Assembly: GCF_001194135.2 (NCBI RefSeq)
Contig: NC_068983.1
Span: 130,830,648-130,894,647, forward strand
Direction: 5' to 3'
Origin: Octopus bimaculoides
Taxonomy: Eukaryota
DNA: 64,000 nt
Notes under the pieces: model-generated
The model's database searches: none
The model's input: only the letters and a program-made list of their open reading frames with translations
What the model was told of the DNA's origin: nothing
Shown here: positions 1 to 13,000 of the stretch, one piece after another
How positions within the stretch are numbered: the stretch's first letter is position 1
Layout of the letters: every line of letters starts with the position of its first letter
Made by a program: the position numbers and the translations under genes

Positions 1-252
1 ATATATATATATATATATATATATATAGCTATGTATGTATATATATATATTTGTGTATGTATATATATGTATATATGTATTTATATGTAAATACGTATAT
101 ATTTAGATATATGTATATATTTGTATATATATTAATATATATATATATATGTGTGTATGTATATATTAATATGTATATATAAATGTTTGTCTATATGTAT
201 ACATGTATATATGTATATATACATACACACACACAACACATATACATATATA
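1..252. repeat. Degenerate (TA)n/(TG)n/(CA)n dinucleotide microsatellite tract
   Basis: Direct reading: alternating purine-pyrimidine run. Confidence 0.95.
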
Positions 253-2498
253 TTGAAATAGAGAAAAGCAAACGAGAGTCAGACACAATGTCAATATATA
301 CAGGCGTTGGAAATTAAGTTATTTAGAATGTGATTTAATCAGCATTTTAAAATGTATTTCCCTTTCGTAAATTAGCTGGCTGGATCCATTATTTGCGTTC
401 ACTCATAGAAAGCATTGTCTCTGAGGGAAGAACTTCATTAATACTGCTGCTGAATATCATATATATATATGCCGACAGGTGAAACTATTTAGAAAGATGA
501 TGAATAACGTGTGTTATATTGTATCATTATAATAGCAGTCTTTATTGCGCAAACTTCAATGCTACGTTTTCGTAACATTATGAGAACTTACAAGTAGGAA
601 ATATTTCACATATTAAAACTCTGAATTTAATAAATGTATTGAAACAGCTGAATCTGTGTAAAACAATGCTTGTCTGTGTCTAGAATTAATGATGGTAAGC
701 TGTTAAAATAAAATTGCTAATTACCCCAGACTTTGAGTGAGGCCTCTAATTGGAGACACAACTTTCTGGTATAGAAAATTATTCAAATCATTTAGTCTTT
801 CTATATTGGATAACATAATCCTAGACATACCATGTCTAGAATAATAGATCGGCTGGAATACAATTGATTATAGATCTATGCCATCCGAGCTAGTTGCTGA
901 TTGATGTTGATATTTTTAGCAGGTCTATGGTATGTGGCGACTCTTGTTGGGTTGTGTGTGTTCTGTTTCCGGTTTTAGCTAGAAGTTAGCTTAGAAATCA
1001 GCATTTGTTTACCTTGCAGCCACAACCAGCATCACATGGCCAATGACATAAAATGCTGAAGCTTAAACCATCTGTATTTTCTTTCACTAATAAATGTGTA
1101 TCCAGAGCGGCAATATCGAATATGTGCCTTTTTGAAAAGGATTTTGTGGTTAGTTGCAGCTATTTCTAATAGGCTGAGTTACTACGTTGGGGCTCTTTGC
1201 TGACCTTTCAATAACATAATTCACATAAATATAAATATAGCTAAAGAGCACCCTTTCTTTTCGTCAGTCAGCTAAAAGAAACAAGCATATGCTATGATAT
1301 ACAGCAAAATAAATTTCTGAAATTAAGTCAGCACTGTTATGTGTAAACAAATTAACACAGGACAGTCATAATTGGCTGTTCTTGTTTATACTATTTCGTC
1401 ACCGACTGTTTACCCAACACTTAATTGTTTGTGGTGAATTTGTTAAAAAACAAAGGAAGCCGCTTACGACTGGCATTGTATTTAAATTACTTTAATTAAC
1501 TTGCACACGCAGTGCCGGTACCAATTCTATGGTCTTCTATATGTATCAAACAAATGCCGACGGGTCAGTAACATATTCAATATACGCATATTATATATGT
1601 ATTATACACACATATACATTCGAAATGTAGATGTTTATATCAAGGTAAACAAGTAACCTTTTCAGGTTATGTAAGGTTAAATTAACCACTGTATGTGTGA
1701 GTGTGTTCGTGTACGTGTGCGTGAATATATTTGTGTGTGTGCATGGGCACAGACACACGCATATGCATATATCTCTCTCTTTCTGTCACTCTCTTTATAT
1801 ATGTGCGTGTGTATGTTTATATATGTCTATGTGTGTATGTAGGTATGAACTTATATGTATATATATATGTATGTATATATATATTTATATATATANNNNN
1901 NNNNNNNNNNNNNNNNNNNNNNNNNNNNNNNNNNNNNNNNNNNNNNNNNNNNNNNNNNNNNNNNNNNNNNNNNNNNNNNNNNNNNNNNNNNNNNNNNNNN
2001 NNNNNNNNNNNNNNNNNNNNNNNNNNNNNNNNNNNNNNNNNNNNNNNNNNNNNNNNNNNNNNNNNNNNNNNNNNNNNNNNNNNNNNNNNNNNNNNNNNNN
2101 NNNNNNNNNNNNNNNNNNNNNNNNNNNNNNNNNNNNNNNNNNNNNNNNNNNNNNNNNNNNNNNNNNNNNNNNNNNNNNNNNNNNNNNNNNNNNNNNNNNN
2201 NNNNNNNNNNNNNNNNNNNNNNNNNNNNNNNNNNNNNNNNNNNNNNNNNNNNNNNNNNNNNNNNNNNNNNNNNNNNNNNNNNNNNNNNNNNNNNNNNNNN
2301 NNNNNNNNNNNNNNNNNNNNNNNNNNNNNNNNNNNNNNNNNNNNNNNNNNNNNNNNNNNNNNNNNNNNNNNNNNNNNNNNNNNNNNNNNNNNNNNNNNNN
2401 NNNNNNNNNNNNNNNNNNNNNNNNNNNNNNNNNNNNNNNNNNNNNNNNNNNNNNNNNNNNNNNNNNNNNNTATATATATATATACATACATACATATG

Positions 2499-2531
<33 letters not shown>

Positions 2532-3722
2532 CATGCTTATACGCGTGTTTTTTAGTATAGATATATCTCTATGTTGTTTTTTTTATATAAATTCAGTTTT
2601 TTTTTTATAATTGAATAATTACAGATGAGTAATGTCAACACATTTTTCAAAACTAGCCAAAAGAAGCTTAAGAATGTATTTCCCATTATACAGACTCCTA
2701 TATATGCTCAAATAAATTGCGTATATATGAGTGTTTTTATAGCATGTGTATTTGTGGGTAAGAGTGCATGTGTCTCTGTTTGTATGTCTGTGTGCGTGTA
2801 TGTACATATAATTCATTTCGGCTAATCCAGTAATCTATTGAACTGATGTTTTCCATCGTATTAACTGGCTTTTTTTTTCTTTTAGAAAGAAAATGGATTG
2901 ATGCTTAAAGGAGACTCACCGTAATGTTATATGGACGAGTCCACATGATTTTTTGAAACGTTTGAATTTGAAGAGATAGTATCTTGTAATTCTGATCAAT
3001 TTTGGCACAAGACCAGCAATTTTAAAAGGCTGCGATTGTTTAGTCAGCAACCCCAGTGCTTGACTCTCACTTTTATCGATCTCATATTTGATCTCAGAAG
3101 GGTTTGAACTCAGAAATAAAGAGGAACAAACAAGGCAAATTTGTATTTCGTCTGCTAACGATTCTGACAAGTTTCTCGTCTATCACGCATTTATTAATGC
3201 ATGCACACTACGCGTATCCACGCATGTTGCTTTGTGAAAGCTGATGCAGATTGTAGTCGGGTAGAAGCAAAGTTAACCCCCAAACGCAAAGCAGAAAGCA
3301 CGTTGCACTATTGTAGGTAAATCAATAAAGATTAAAGAGCAAAAACAAAAGGAGTTGAAAGATGATGACACATGTTAAGAAAATTCAATTGACCAATGTC
3401 ATGTTGTATTAATAGGTTTGGAGGTGTTCAAACGATTACAGGGTAACTACTTGCATGCACATAAAAGAACGTTCTGGAAGTGTGAGAATGTTTAAATTAT
3501 TTTGTTACCCACATATCTATTTCTCAATTTATCAATCTATGTATCTGTCTGTCTGTTACTTTTTATAGGCATACACTCATATATATATATATATATATAT
3601 ATATANNNNNNNNNNNNNNNNNNNNNNNNNNNNNNNNNNNNNNNNNNNNNNNNNNNNNNNNNNNNNNNNNNNNNNNNNNNNNNNNNNNNNNNNNNNNNNN
3701 NNNNNNNNNNNNNNNNTATATA

Positions 3723-3895
3723 GGTCATGAGAGGTAATGGTGTCAAGAAGACCCAAAGTTGTCAGGTAATGCTGGGTAAGTGCTATGGACAGATTCCAGG
3801 TTCGGTGATTATGCGAATGAGGAGTCCAACGTAGGTCATATATCAGCATTACTTGACAATTCTGGGTCTTCTTGACACCATTACCTCTCATAACC
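3723..3895. repeat. 52-bp inverted repeat (3723-3774 / 3844-3895) just upstream of a Penelope-like ORF
   Basis: GGTCATGAGAGGTAATGGTGTCAAGAAGACCCAAAGTTGTCAGGTAATGCTG is the near-perfect reverse complement of CAGCATTACTTGACAATTCTGGGTCTTCTTGACACCATTACCTCTCATAACC. Confidence 0.9.
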
Positions 3896-3942
3896 TCAAT
3901 TTCTCGCTATTATAAGCACTTATCTCAGGTAACGCTTCAGTA

Positions 3943-5010
3943 ATGGATAGATAATTCCTTGGCATTTCTCTTAAAGACACACCTATTCCTTGAGAAAAAG
4001 ACTTTCCTCTTACTCCTCCTTACCAAAACCAAGGACCTCATCCGAAGAATGAGATGGAAAGCTTTTTTCTATGACAATCAAAAATGCCGGAATGACAATA
4101 ATACCAGCAGCTACAACCTCAAATCATATAAGAACCCTCCACATAACCCCTATCTCGAAAAATTGGAAGCGGATATATTTAATTTAATTAGAAACATTAA
4201 ATTCTCCAAATATAAATCCCCCTTTCAAAAAGAGCTCCCACACACCATAAACCGGATCATAGAATCCCCCAAATTACATGTCTTCTCGGATAAAACAGAA
4301 AATATGTACCGCATTATCATTGAGGAATACAATAAATTCATAAAGAAAGAACTCAACAAATCCTACAAGCTGGCACCAACATCTGCCCTAAATGAAATCA
4401 ATACCAACCACTGCAAACTAATGAGGAAATTACAAGTGGATGACTGAACCGAACCATACTGCCCAACACCTCCACACTTTAACCTGAAGGATCACAAGAA
4501 GGACTTTATTACCAAACTTTCAATATGCCTAATATGCCCCACCAAATCCGACCTAGGAAGGGTAAGCAAAAACATTTTAGACAAAATAATACCAATTGTC
4601 AAGAACAAATTAAATGTTAATCTATAGTCCCACTCTGGTGAAGTTATTACGTGGTTCCATCTTCTAAAAATCAAAAACTCATATTCCTTCCTACAATTCG
4701 ACATAAATAATTACTACTCTTCTATTTCCCCTAAGCTTCTAAATCAAGCTCTTCTTCTAGCTAGAAACCTTACTAACCTAACCCCACTGGAAATTAACAT
4801 TATACTTAATGCCCGCAAAACCCTTATTTCTTCTGAAAACAAACTCTGGTGCCGGGCCAATCACCATAACAATAACTATAGCAACCTATTCGACGTAACC
4901 GTAGGATCATCTGATTCAGCTCAGGCCACTGACTTGTTTGGACTATATTATTCTTCACCAGCTCCATATACATTTCCCTAGCATCAAGGGAGTCCTATAC
5001 AGGGACGACA
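3943..5010 (+). pseudogene. Penelope-like element (probably Naiad-type) reverse transcriptase, disrupted by stops and frameshifts
   Basis: Translations give MDR*FLGISLKDTPIP, DLIRRMRWKAFF, NLKDHKKDF, CPTKSDLGRVSKNILDKI, FLQFDINNYYSSI, LFDVTVGSSDSAQ and the catalytic VLYRDDTL (YRDD at 4998-5009). These motifs are typical of invertebrate Penelope-like RTs. Confidence 0.9.
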
Positions 5011-5037
5011 CCTTACTAGTTACCAAGAGCATAAATA

Positions 5038-5188
5038 AATACCACTGAGTAACCATCTGGCAACATGTGGTCGTGAAACTTTTATGATATTTCCATTCCA
5101 TAAACTTTACAACCTGAATGAAATTGAGAGAAAACGCAAAGAAAAGGACTTTATTAAGAAATTCAAACCCACGCTTAACAAACAATGA
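5038..5188 (+). pseudogene. C-terminal end of a Penelope GIY-YIG endonuclease domain
   Basis: Open frame IPLSNHLATCGRETFMIFPFHKLYNLNEIERKRKEKDFIKKFKPTLNKQ*. The KExxFIxxFxPxLN ending is characteristic of PLE GIY-YIG C-termini. Confidence 0.75.
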
Positions 5189-5380
5189 TTAAATTTATCT
5201 TACTTGGGTCTAAAAATCTTATCCCTGTAACTAAAACACAAAACATCTTTCAAATGTCATCATTTCTAAAAATAAACTTGGCATCATTTCTAAAAATAGC
5301 CAAACACCTACTGCTGCTGTTCAAAGGAATAGGTATAAAAGACAAACGAACAGCCAGTCTGTTACACTACATCTGTCAGA

Positions 5381-5424
5381 CGGGACTTTGATGAATGCCA
5401 TGAGGCATGAAAGTATACTAGCCC
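5381..5424 (+). ncRNA. Degenerate minimal type I hammerhead ribozyme in the 3' tail of the Penelope-like element
   Basis: TTGATGA (C3 changed to T), stem II ATGCC-ATGA-GGCAT, GAAA, palindromic GTATAC, TA, then GCCC, which can pair imperfectly with upstream GGGAC. Confidence 0.65.
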
Positions 5425-5656
5425 TTATATATTTAATACTCAATATTTCATATATTCAATAAGACATTCAATACTTCATTTCATTTTACTATTTATATTA
5501 TATATTCCATATTCTATATCCCACATTAATTTTATAAGAATATAAATAAAACATTAAAAAACAGACAGAGTTGGAACTCTTTTAAATAATATATTCCTCT
5601 ATACACGATCATACAAAACCCGTATTTTTATATTTTTAATTTTTATTTTTATTCAC

Positions 5657-5688
<32 letters not shown>

Positions 5689-6149
5689 GTATATACATAT
5701 ATTCATACATAAATACACACACACACACTTGTATGTATGAATGCCTGCATGCATACATGCGTGCACGAAATCTTGTTTGAAGAAAAAATATAACGGCTAA
5801 CATTCAAAATATCCAATACAAAAATAATCAAGGAAATCAAAGTTCAACAAAGATATGTAATAGCAACAACAACAAAAAACATGGTGTTATCCTCACCAAA
5901 CAACAGAACAGGTATATTGCAAAATATTTCTACGAATGAACGTGGAAGGACAATTTTACGTATTACTTCAACCAAGGTGGTTGAGCTCTTCCTGCAATGT
6001 GCTTATGCATCCTTCAATTAAAACAAAATTCTGTTGTTATAGTGGTGGATCAGTTTGGGTGCTATCCATATTAGTTAATGTGAGACTTAATAACGGGAGA
6101 TAATCAATAGTTTCATTACGACATGGAATTCTTTCTGGTGTTTTTTGAT

Positions 6150-6650
6150 CCTTACTGCAAAATATGTGCGATGCCAAAACATGACGTTTGTCCTTGGAAT
6201 GATGAAGTGTGCGCGAATAAAATTACTTTCGTTTGTTGGAGCGGACAAAGTAAAGACAGTCTATTACATCTACTTGATTTAACTTCTTTGTGCACTACTA
6301 ATACTCATACTCTCCTCAAACTCACATGTTTACATAAGTTCATGTTTCATAAGTTGTGAGTCAGCACATATTGATTGCTGCACCTGAAAAGTGACGAGCC
6401 TAGCGTTGATTACAGAGAATTCTAAGATCATTCTGCTGATTGAATGGCATGTTGGTTAGCTATGGTGGATGTCAACTTCAAAGATCCTTCAAATATCCAC
6501 ACTGCTGGCCATGTAAATGCCTGCATGGTATAGTCTGACTTCATCTAACGCGCACACAAGGAAATACTTTTATGTACGTAAGGTAACCATGCCATTGCTT
6601 TAATGAATATATTTTGTAACATACGGAAAATATAAACGAGGCTAAAAAAG
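6150..6650 (-). pseudogene. Possible highly decayed retroviral-type (Gypsy-like) integrase C-terminal remnant
   Basis: Loose manual matches only (NGMVTLRT; LCKHVS...LVVHKEVK), with many stops. Confidence 0.25.
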
Positions 6651-6711
6651 CAACTTGTCATATAAGTACATCCATCGCTTGTTCAACGCCAGCTCTTCTT
6701 GAACTCTTATA

Positions 6712-7782
6712 TAAAGAGTACGTCGGTTTTTTGAGATCATTTATATGTATTTAGAAAAAGATGCATAGCTCATCAAAGGAAAGTCGTATTCGAAAAGAAA
6801 TTGATACAAATAATCTTGGTAATCCTTTCATCACACATATTTAATGAACTACCGTTTGCATCACTAGGTGCTTCAATACGGGGTCTGAAGATTCTCTGAT
6901 TTAGGAGGCTATGAGTCTGGGAGAACGTGATCCTGGAGATTGACATGCATCCATACTTGGGTTACCCCAAGCTTATGAGACGGCATAGAGTCTTGTTGAC
7001 AGAAGTACGGTCTTCCGTTGCATACGCACAACATTGGCCAATAACATTGCCTCACATCATTCTCCAACATTTTTGTAGATAGCCCTGTGTTAAGAAAGTG
7101 AGGTGGCATTACATCTCCATTGTTGCTGAAGACACTCAGAATCATCACAGTTGCTGGGAAATTATTCTACATGACTACTGGAACCTAATTTGAGTTTCTG
7201 TATAGCCATCTGTTGTTTCTTCGGTTTACGTTTTAGTCCTGATCGAAGCGATAGCATTCAAGTCTCTAATTTGTTTAACTTGCGTAGCAATCACTTTGCT
7301 CGGATCGATTCTCTCTTGTCACATCCGACATAAACTGACCCCCACCCTGTATCACATACGACTTGTACAGGACGTCCTCATACAAAACTCTTCTAATTGT
7401 GCATTCTGAAAACTTTCCCAAAGGTTCTCATTGATTTTCCAGGGATCTTATTCATATTTCTTAGACTTTTTTCTACAAGGTTATGTGTTCTGATGGTATT
7501 AGTAGCCTGTGCATACGTTTTGCGTTTAGTTGCTGATTTTGGATCCCCGTCAGCAGCTTCCAGCTCCTTTCGAACTTTGACAACGAAGGATTGGGCAACA
7601 TTCATGAACCGAACTATCGCTGTACTACGCTTTTATGAGAACGATTACAGCGTGCCTTTTCATTTGTTAAGTCAACCTGTTGTCTGACATTATTTAGTTG
7701 AAAAGTATGGTATAAAAAAATGAATTAGAATACTGTTAGAGCGCTTGAAATTGTTGTCCTCAAAAAACTGGCGCACCCTGTA
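6712..7782 (-). mobile_element. Tc1/mariner DD37D (maT-type) transposon fossil with TIRs, internally deleted
   Basis: TIRs TACAGGGTGCGCCAGTTTTTTTGAGGACA (from 7782, minus) and TAAAGAGTACGTCGGTTTTTTGAGATCA (from 6712). Peptides NVAQSFVVKVRKELEAADG, MILSVFSNNGDVMPPHF, NGRPYFCQQDSMPSH and TRIEA. The third catalytic Asp region is deleted. Confidence 0.88.
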
Positions 7783-7949
7783 CGTTATGTTTTGTCATAA
7801 TGAGTATCCGTAATTGGTCTGATTTTCCTAAAGATACCTATTTGTATATTTTTCACATGCTTTAACGAGGGAAACTGGATTGAGGATTTCATGTATATCA
7901 GATGACATAAATACTGATGGCCTCAAACATCCCTGGATTATCACCGTTC

Positions 7950-8400
7950 TCAAGCTGCTCAGTTGAAATGATTTTATCAAGATCAACCGATCACGCAACA
8001 CATTAGTGTATGTGGTTCATGAAGCCTTCATTTCTTCAGTCATAAACATCACCAAGGATTTTTCCATACCTTATGTGTCAGTGAAGAATATTTTGCTATC
8101 CATGGAACACTCGATCTAGAGCTCATGCTGATCGTTCGGTTTGTTTTATGTGAAAAATGCCATTAGTTATATCAGGTAAATTAAATAAAGAGATTCGGTC
8201 TGCCAATTTTCCAGACGTAGACAGATGCATCTTGTGTTCATTCATGAATGTAAAATGGTGCTCTTCTGAAACTGAAGCGCAACATCTAAGTGACTGGCTG
8301 ACCAAAATTCCTTTGAAGTCAATTCGAAGGTGGATGTAATGCTCTGCTAATAAAAAAAAGCTTCATTTCTTTCCAGGAACCAATGTAACTGATTGAATCT
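7950..8400 (-). pseudogene. Possible decayed retroviral-type integrase core remnant
   Basis: LRIDFKGIL (about 8303-8330) resembles the integrase HIDFKGPL motif; weaker downstream matches (RVFHG*QNILH). Confidence 0.3.
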
Positions 8401-9339
8401 TGGTGTATTTCATAAATTTTTAATCACAGATTTTGGTTGAACTGCTCTTCTACCACGAACAGGTAAGCGTTAGACATTATTGCTACTAATTCCTTAGGCT
8501 GTTTCTCAGTCTATATGAGTATGCATGTGTGTGTGCGTGCGTGCGTGCGTGTGTGTGCATGTGTCTGCGCGCGAGCATGCTTGTCTGTGTGTGTGCATGT
8601 CTATGTGTGTGTAAGTGTGTAAGTTTCTGTGTATGTGTTTGTGTGCGTATGTTTCATTGTTTTGTTCATTACAGGAGAAATTCTTGCAAAAATTGAAATT
8701 CATGCAGAAAAAATATATGAAATATTAACTGAAGAAAAAGATAAAGCCATCCACCTAACGTCACATTATCATATTTACCATAACTCACATTTCTCTCCTC
8801 CCCTGCCGTCATATCAATTTCTGTTTATTCATGTGAATTGTTTCCTATACTCATCCTCTTTTAACCTCAATCTTATCTTCATTCTCGTAGCTTTCTTTCC
8901 GTGGTCTTCAATTTGATTCTTTTCTACTCCCATTTCTCACATTGTTTTCATTTAATTTCTATTCTCTATTTTCTCACGTTTGTTTTTTTCATTTGTATAT
9001 CTTCCCATCTCTATTTCTTCCTCTTGTTCTTTTATATTTTGAAATCATCCCACAATCCCTCCGTTTTTTTTTTTTTTTCATATAGTTCAAATTCTTCTCT
9101 CACCTTTTCTCTACTTTTAGCATCCTTCTCTTTCTTTCATCTTGTACACAATTGCTCAAAACATTCATATTCTTGCATTTTGACATATTTATTCTTTCTC
9201 TCATATTTGTATCATTCTCTAATATTTCTTTTCCATTCTTATTATTTCTTTCTTTCCCCTACCAATATTCCATATATTTCTGTATTTTTCAGGAATCTTT
9301 TTTCTTCATATTATCATTATTATTATTAATATTTCTGTT

Positions 9340-9381
9340 TTCTTCTTCTTCATCCTCTTCTTCTTCTTCTTCTTCTTCTTC

Positions 9382-9462
<81 letters not shown>

Positions 9463-9581
9463 ATATTATTGCTATTATTTATATAGTATTATTGTTGTTG
9501 TTGTTGCTGTTATAAATATCGCATCATTAGTAGTATACTTTTCTTTTTCGCTCTGGTATTTTCTATTTTCCGTTCTTTCAT

Positions 9582-9630
<49 letters not shown>

Positions 9631-9946
9631 TTCTTCTTCTTCTTCTTCTTCTTCTTCTTCTTCTTCTTCTTCTTCTTCTTCTTCTTCTTCTTCTTCTTCA
9701 TCTTCATCTTCTTCTACTACTACTACTACTACTACTAATAATAATAATAATAATAATAATAATACCACCACCACCACCATCGCTACTACTAATACTACTA
9801 CTACTACTGTTACGACATCTCTTTCTAATTCTTTTACTTCTTTTAATCATCATCATCATCATCACCACCACAACAACCACCACCATCATCTTCATCACCA
9901 TCTCCATCACCACCACTACCACCACCACCATCACCCCATCATCATT

Positions 9947-10003
<57 letters not shown>

Positions 10004-10077
10004 GTCGTCGTCGTCGTCGTCATCATCTTCATCATCATCATCATCTTCATCATCATCATCATCACCATCATCATCAA
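9340..10077. repeat. Compound microsatellite tract (TTC, TTA, TAG, TTG, TTTC, TTC, CTA, ATA, CCA, CAT, CGT)
   Basis: Direct reading; interrupted by short unique spacers. Confidence 0.95.
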
Positions 10078-13000
10078 GCGTTGTAGCAATCATTATTTGA
10101 TGCAATAGTAGCTGTAATGACCGTCTTCCATTAGTTATCCCCTAAACTTCTTCACATCTGTCTTCTTTTCCTACTCTTTATGAATAATAGTGTCTTTGTC
10201 GTTTTATTTATTTATTTTTTTATTCTTATTTTTATACTCTCATCATCCATCTCCATTCCATTTCTTCTCTCTTTCTCCAGTTTTGTTCCTCAGTTATATA
10301 AGTATTATTGTTGCTACTGCTACTCGGTAGATATGTATTTTATGTTTGTCTGGATCACGTGGAAAAGACTGTGATTTTGGTGATAGAATTATAGAAATAC
10401 TGGGTGTACTACTAATGTGTCTATATTCGTGAGTGAATAAATGCATAATTGCTGGCACTAACTGTTTTCAAGCTAGAGTGTGTTGCTAAGAAGTTTCTTC
10501 TTTTTATCATACATATATACATACAGATATATATATATATATATATATATATANNNNNNNNNNNNNNNNNNNNNNNNNNNNNNNNNNNNNNNNNNNNNNN
10601 NNNNNNNNNNNNNNNNNNNNNNNNNNNNNNNNNNNNNNNNNNNNNNNNNNNNNNNNNNNNNNNNNNNNNNNNNNNNNNNNNNNNNNNNNNNNNNNNNNNN
10701 NNNNNNNNNNNNNNNNNNNNNNNNNNNNNNNNNNNNNNNNNNNNNNNNNNNNNNNNNNNNNNNNNNNNNNNNNNNNNNNNNNNNNNNNNNNNNNNNNNNN
10801 NNNNNNNNNNNNNNNNNNNNNNNNNNNNNNNNNNNNNNNNNNNNNNNNNNNNNNNNNNNNNNNNNNNNNNNNNNNNNNNNNNNNNNNNNNNNNNNNNNNN
10901 NNNNNNNNNNNNNNNNNNNNNNNNNNNNNNNNNNNNNNNNNNNNNNNNNNNNNNNNNNNNNNNNNNNNNNNNNNNNNNNNNNNNNNNNNNNNNNNNNNNN
11001 NNNNNNNNNNNNNNNNNNTGTGTGTGTGTGTGTGTGTGTGTGTATACTGAGAGATACAGATGGATATATATCGTGTGTGCATAACTGTGTAAGTTTTTGT
11101 GCGTGTATATATGTGTGTATGTATGTATGCATGTATGTATGTATGTATGTATCTATGTATGTACATATGCATGAATGTATATGCATATATATTTATATGT
11201 AAGTGTGTATGTGTGTATGTATGAATGTGTGTATGTATATATAAAGCGGTTTTGTTTTTTATCAGTCTTTCTCGCTGCTTTTCTAACTGTAAACAGTTTT
11301 ATGAAATACTTATATGCACAAAACAGAGTTACGTCAGCCTCGAGATATTCGAGTATGTGAGAGTTTTTTTCCAATGTCGTGTAGTATCATGTTTTACGTA
11401 ATAAAACATACTAAATACGAGATCATACACGCGTATATGTATTTGCATCTGTAGGTGTATGCACATAGGTACGTATGATTGTATATCTATACGCATGTAT
11501 GTCTATACACCCTCAGACACGCACTGACATGTGCATGTATCGTTTAGTACCTAGTTTTTTTTTTATCTTCTTATATATGTGTGTGTGTGTGTATGTGTAT
11601 GTGTATGAATGTACATACATACAAATAAAAATGCATACAAAAGCGCAGACAAAGACGCGCATACACACGTATGCATCCAGAGAAAGAGAAAATAGGAAAG
11701 AGAGAGTGAGAGTGAGCAAGAGTCTTGGAGAGAGTTGTATGCATTTTTTCTGTACAGACGAGATGAAAATGAACTCAATACATTATGTCGGTATTTATTC
11801 GTTTATTCGTAGCGGTGGTATCAGTTTCGAGTAAAAAAAATTATCTATCTGTCATCCTCCTCTCTCTCCTCCTCCCCCTTCTCTCTATCTCTCTCTCTCT
11901 CTNNNNNNNNNNNNNNNNNNNNNNNNNNNNNNNNNNNNNNNNNNNNNNNNNNNNNNNNNNNNNNNNNNNNNNNNNNNNNNNNNNNNNNNNNNNNNNNNNN
12001 NNNNNNNNNNNNNNNNNNNNNNNNNNNNNNNNNNNNNNNNNNNNNNNNNNNNNNNNNNNNNNNNNNNNNNNNNNNNNNNNNNNNNNNNNNNNNNNNNNNN
12101 NNNNNNNNNNNNNNNNNNNNNNNNNNNNNNNNNNNNNNNNNNNNNNNNNNNNNNNNNNNNNNNNNNNNNNNNNNNNNNNNNNNNNNNNNNNNNNNNNNNN
12201 NNNNNNNNNNNNNNNNNNNNNNNNNNNNNNNNNNNNNNNNNNNNNNNNNNNNNNNNNNNNNNNNNNNNNNNNNNNNNNNNNNNNNNNNNNNNNNNNNTAT
12301 ATATATATATATATATATATGTATATAAATAGACAATGTTCATTCATTTTTTGTTTCATCTTATTTTATTTGTTTCTATGTATGTTGTTTTGCTACTACC
12401 ATTCATATTGGCAGCAATTTCTCCCGATTCACAGGATATAATCAAATGACATTACTAATAAATAAAACGAAATAGATGTTACCAAAACTATATGTGCACA
12501 GAATAAGATGTCTAAAGATGGAAATTTTATTTCTTTCCAAGTATTAGGGTGAAATTTTTGAATATTCTAAATGCCTCTTCCTTACTACAAAGAACCAGAA
12601 GAAATCATCTTCTTAGCGAAGCTTCTTGAAACGTTATAGTTTGGAATAGAAGGATGTACAAAAGTAGCAGCCACATTTACTGCAATAATACCATTGTTAA
12701 TAACAATATTAGGTACGGCACATATAGTGCCTTCAGAACTTGCTCTAGAATAGGAAAGAAAACCTACTCTATGTACCCAAATCTCATGGAGCTGGGTTCA
12801 TTTATGCAATGAAAGTGTGCATTAATATAGAATTACTGAAATATTAATAACAAGACTGCAGAAAGAAATTGACTTCAAAACTATATCCATAATATGCACG
12901 TCTACGGCTTACAAAGTTTTAGTTGAAATAATTTCACACAAATGGAATACAAATATAGACAATTATGAAAAAAAAAAATACTGTTATGAATTTTTCTCAT

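Noticed and set aside
618-660. Hammerhead-like GAAACAGCTG with a small upstream hairpin
   Set aside because: CUGANGA core and stem I cannot be completed.
300-1300. Possible decayed retroelement remnant
   Set aside because: Only vague peptide resemblances; no motif strong enough to call.
4445-4447. In-frame TGA in the Penelope-like RT as possible selenocysteine
   Set aside because: It falls where Arg is expected (DDR-like context), consistent with CGA-to-TGA decay, and the copy has other stops and frameshifts.
12590-12790. Open minus-strand frame and a Cys-rich alternative frame (YCSKCGCYFC)
   Set aside because: Could be an exon or a piggyBac-like C-terminus, but neither reading is distinctive enough.
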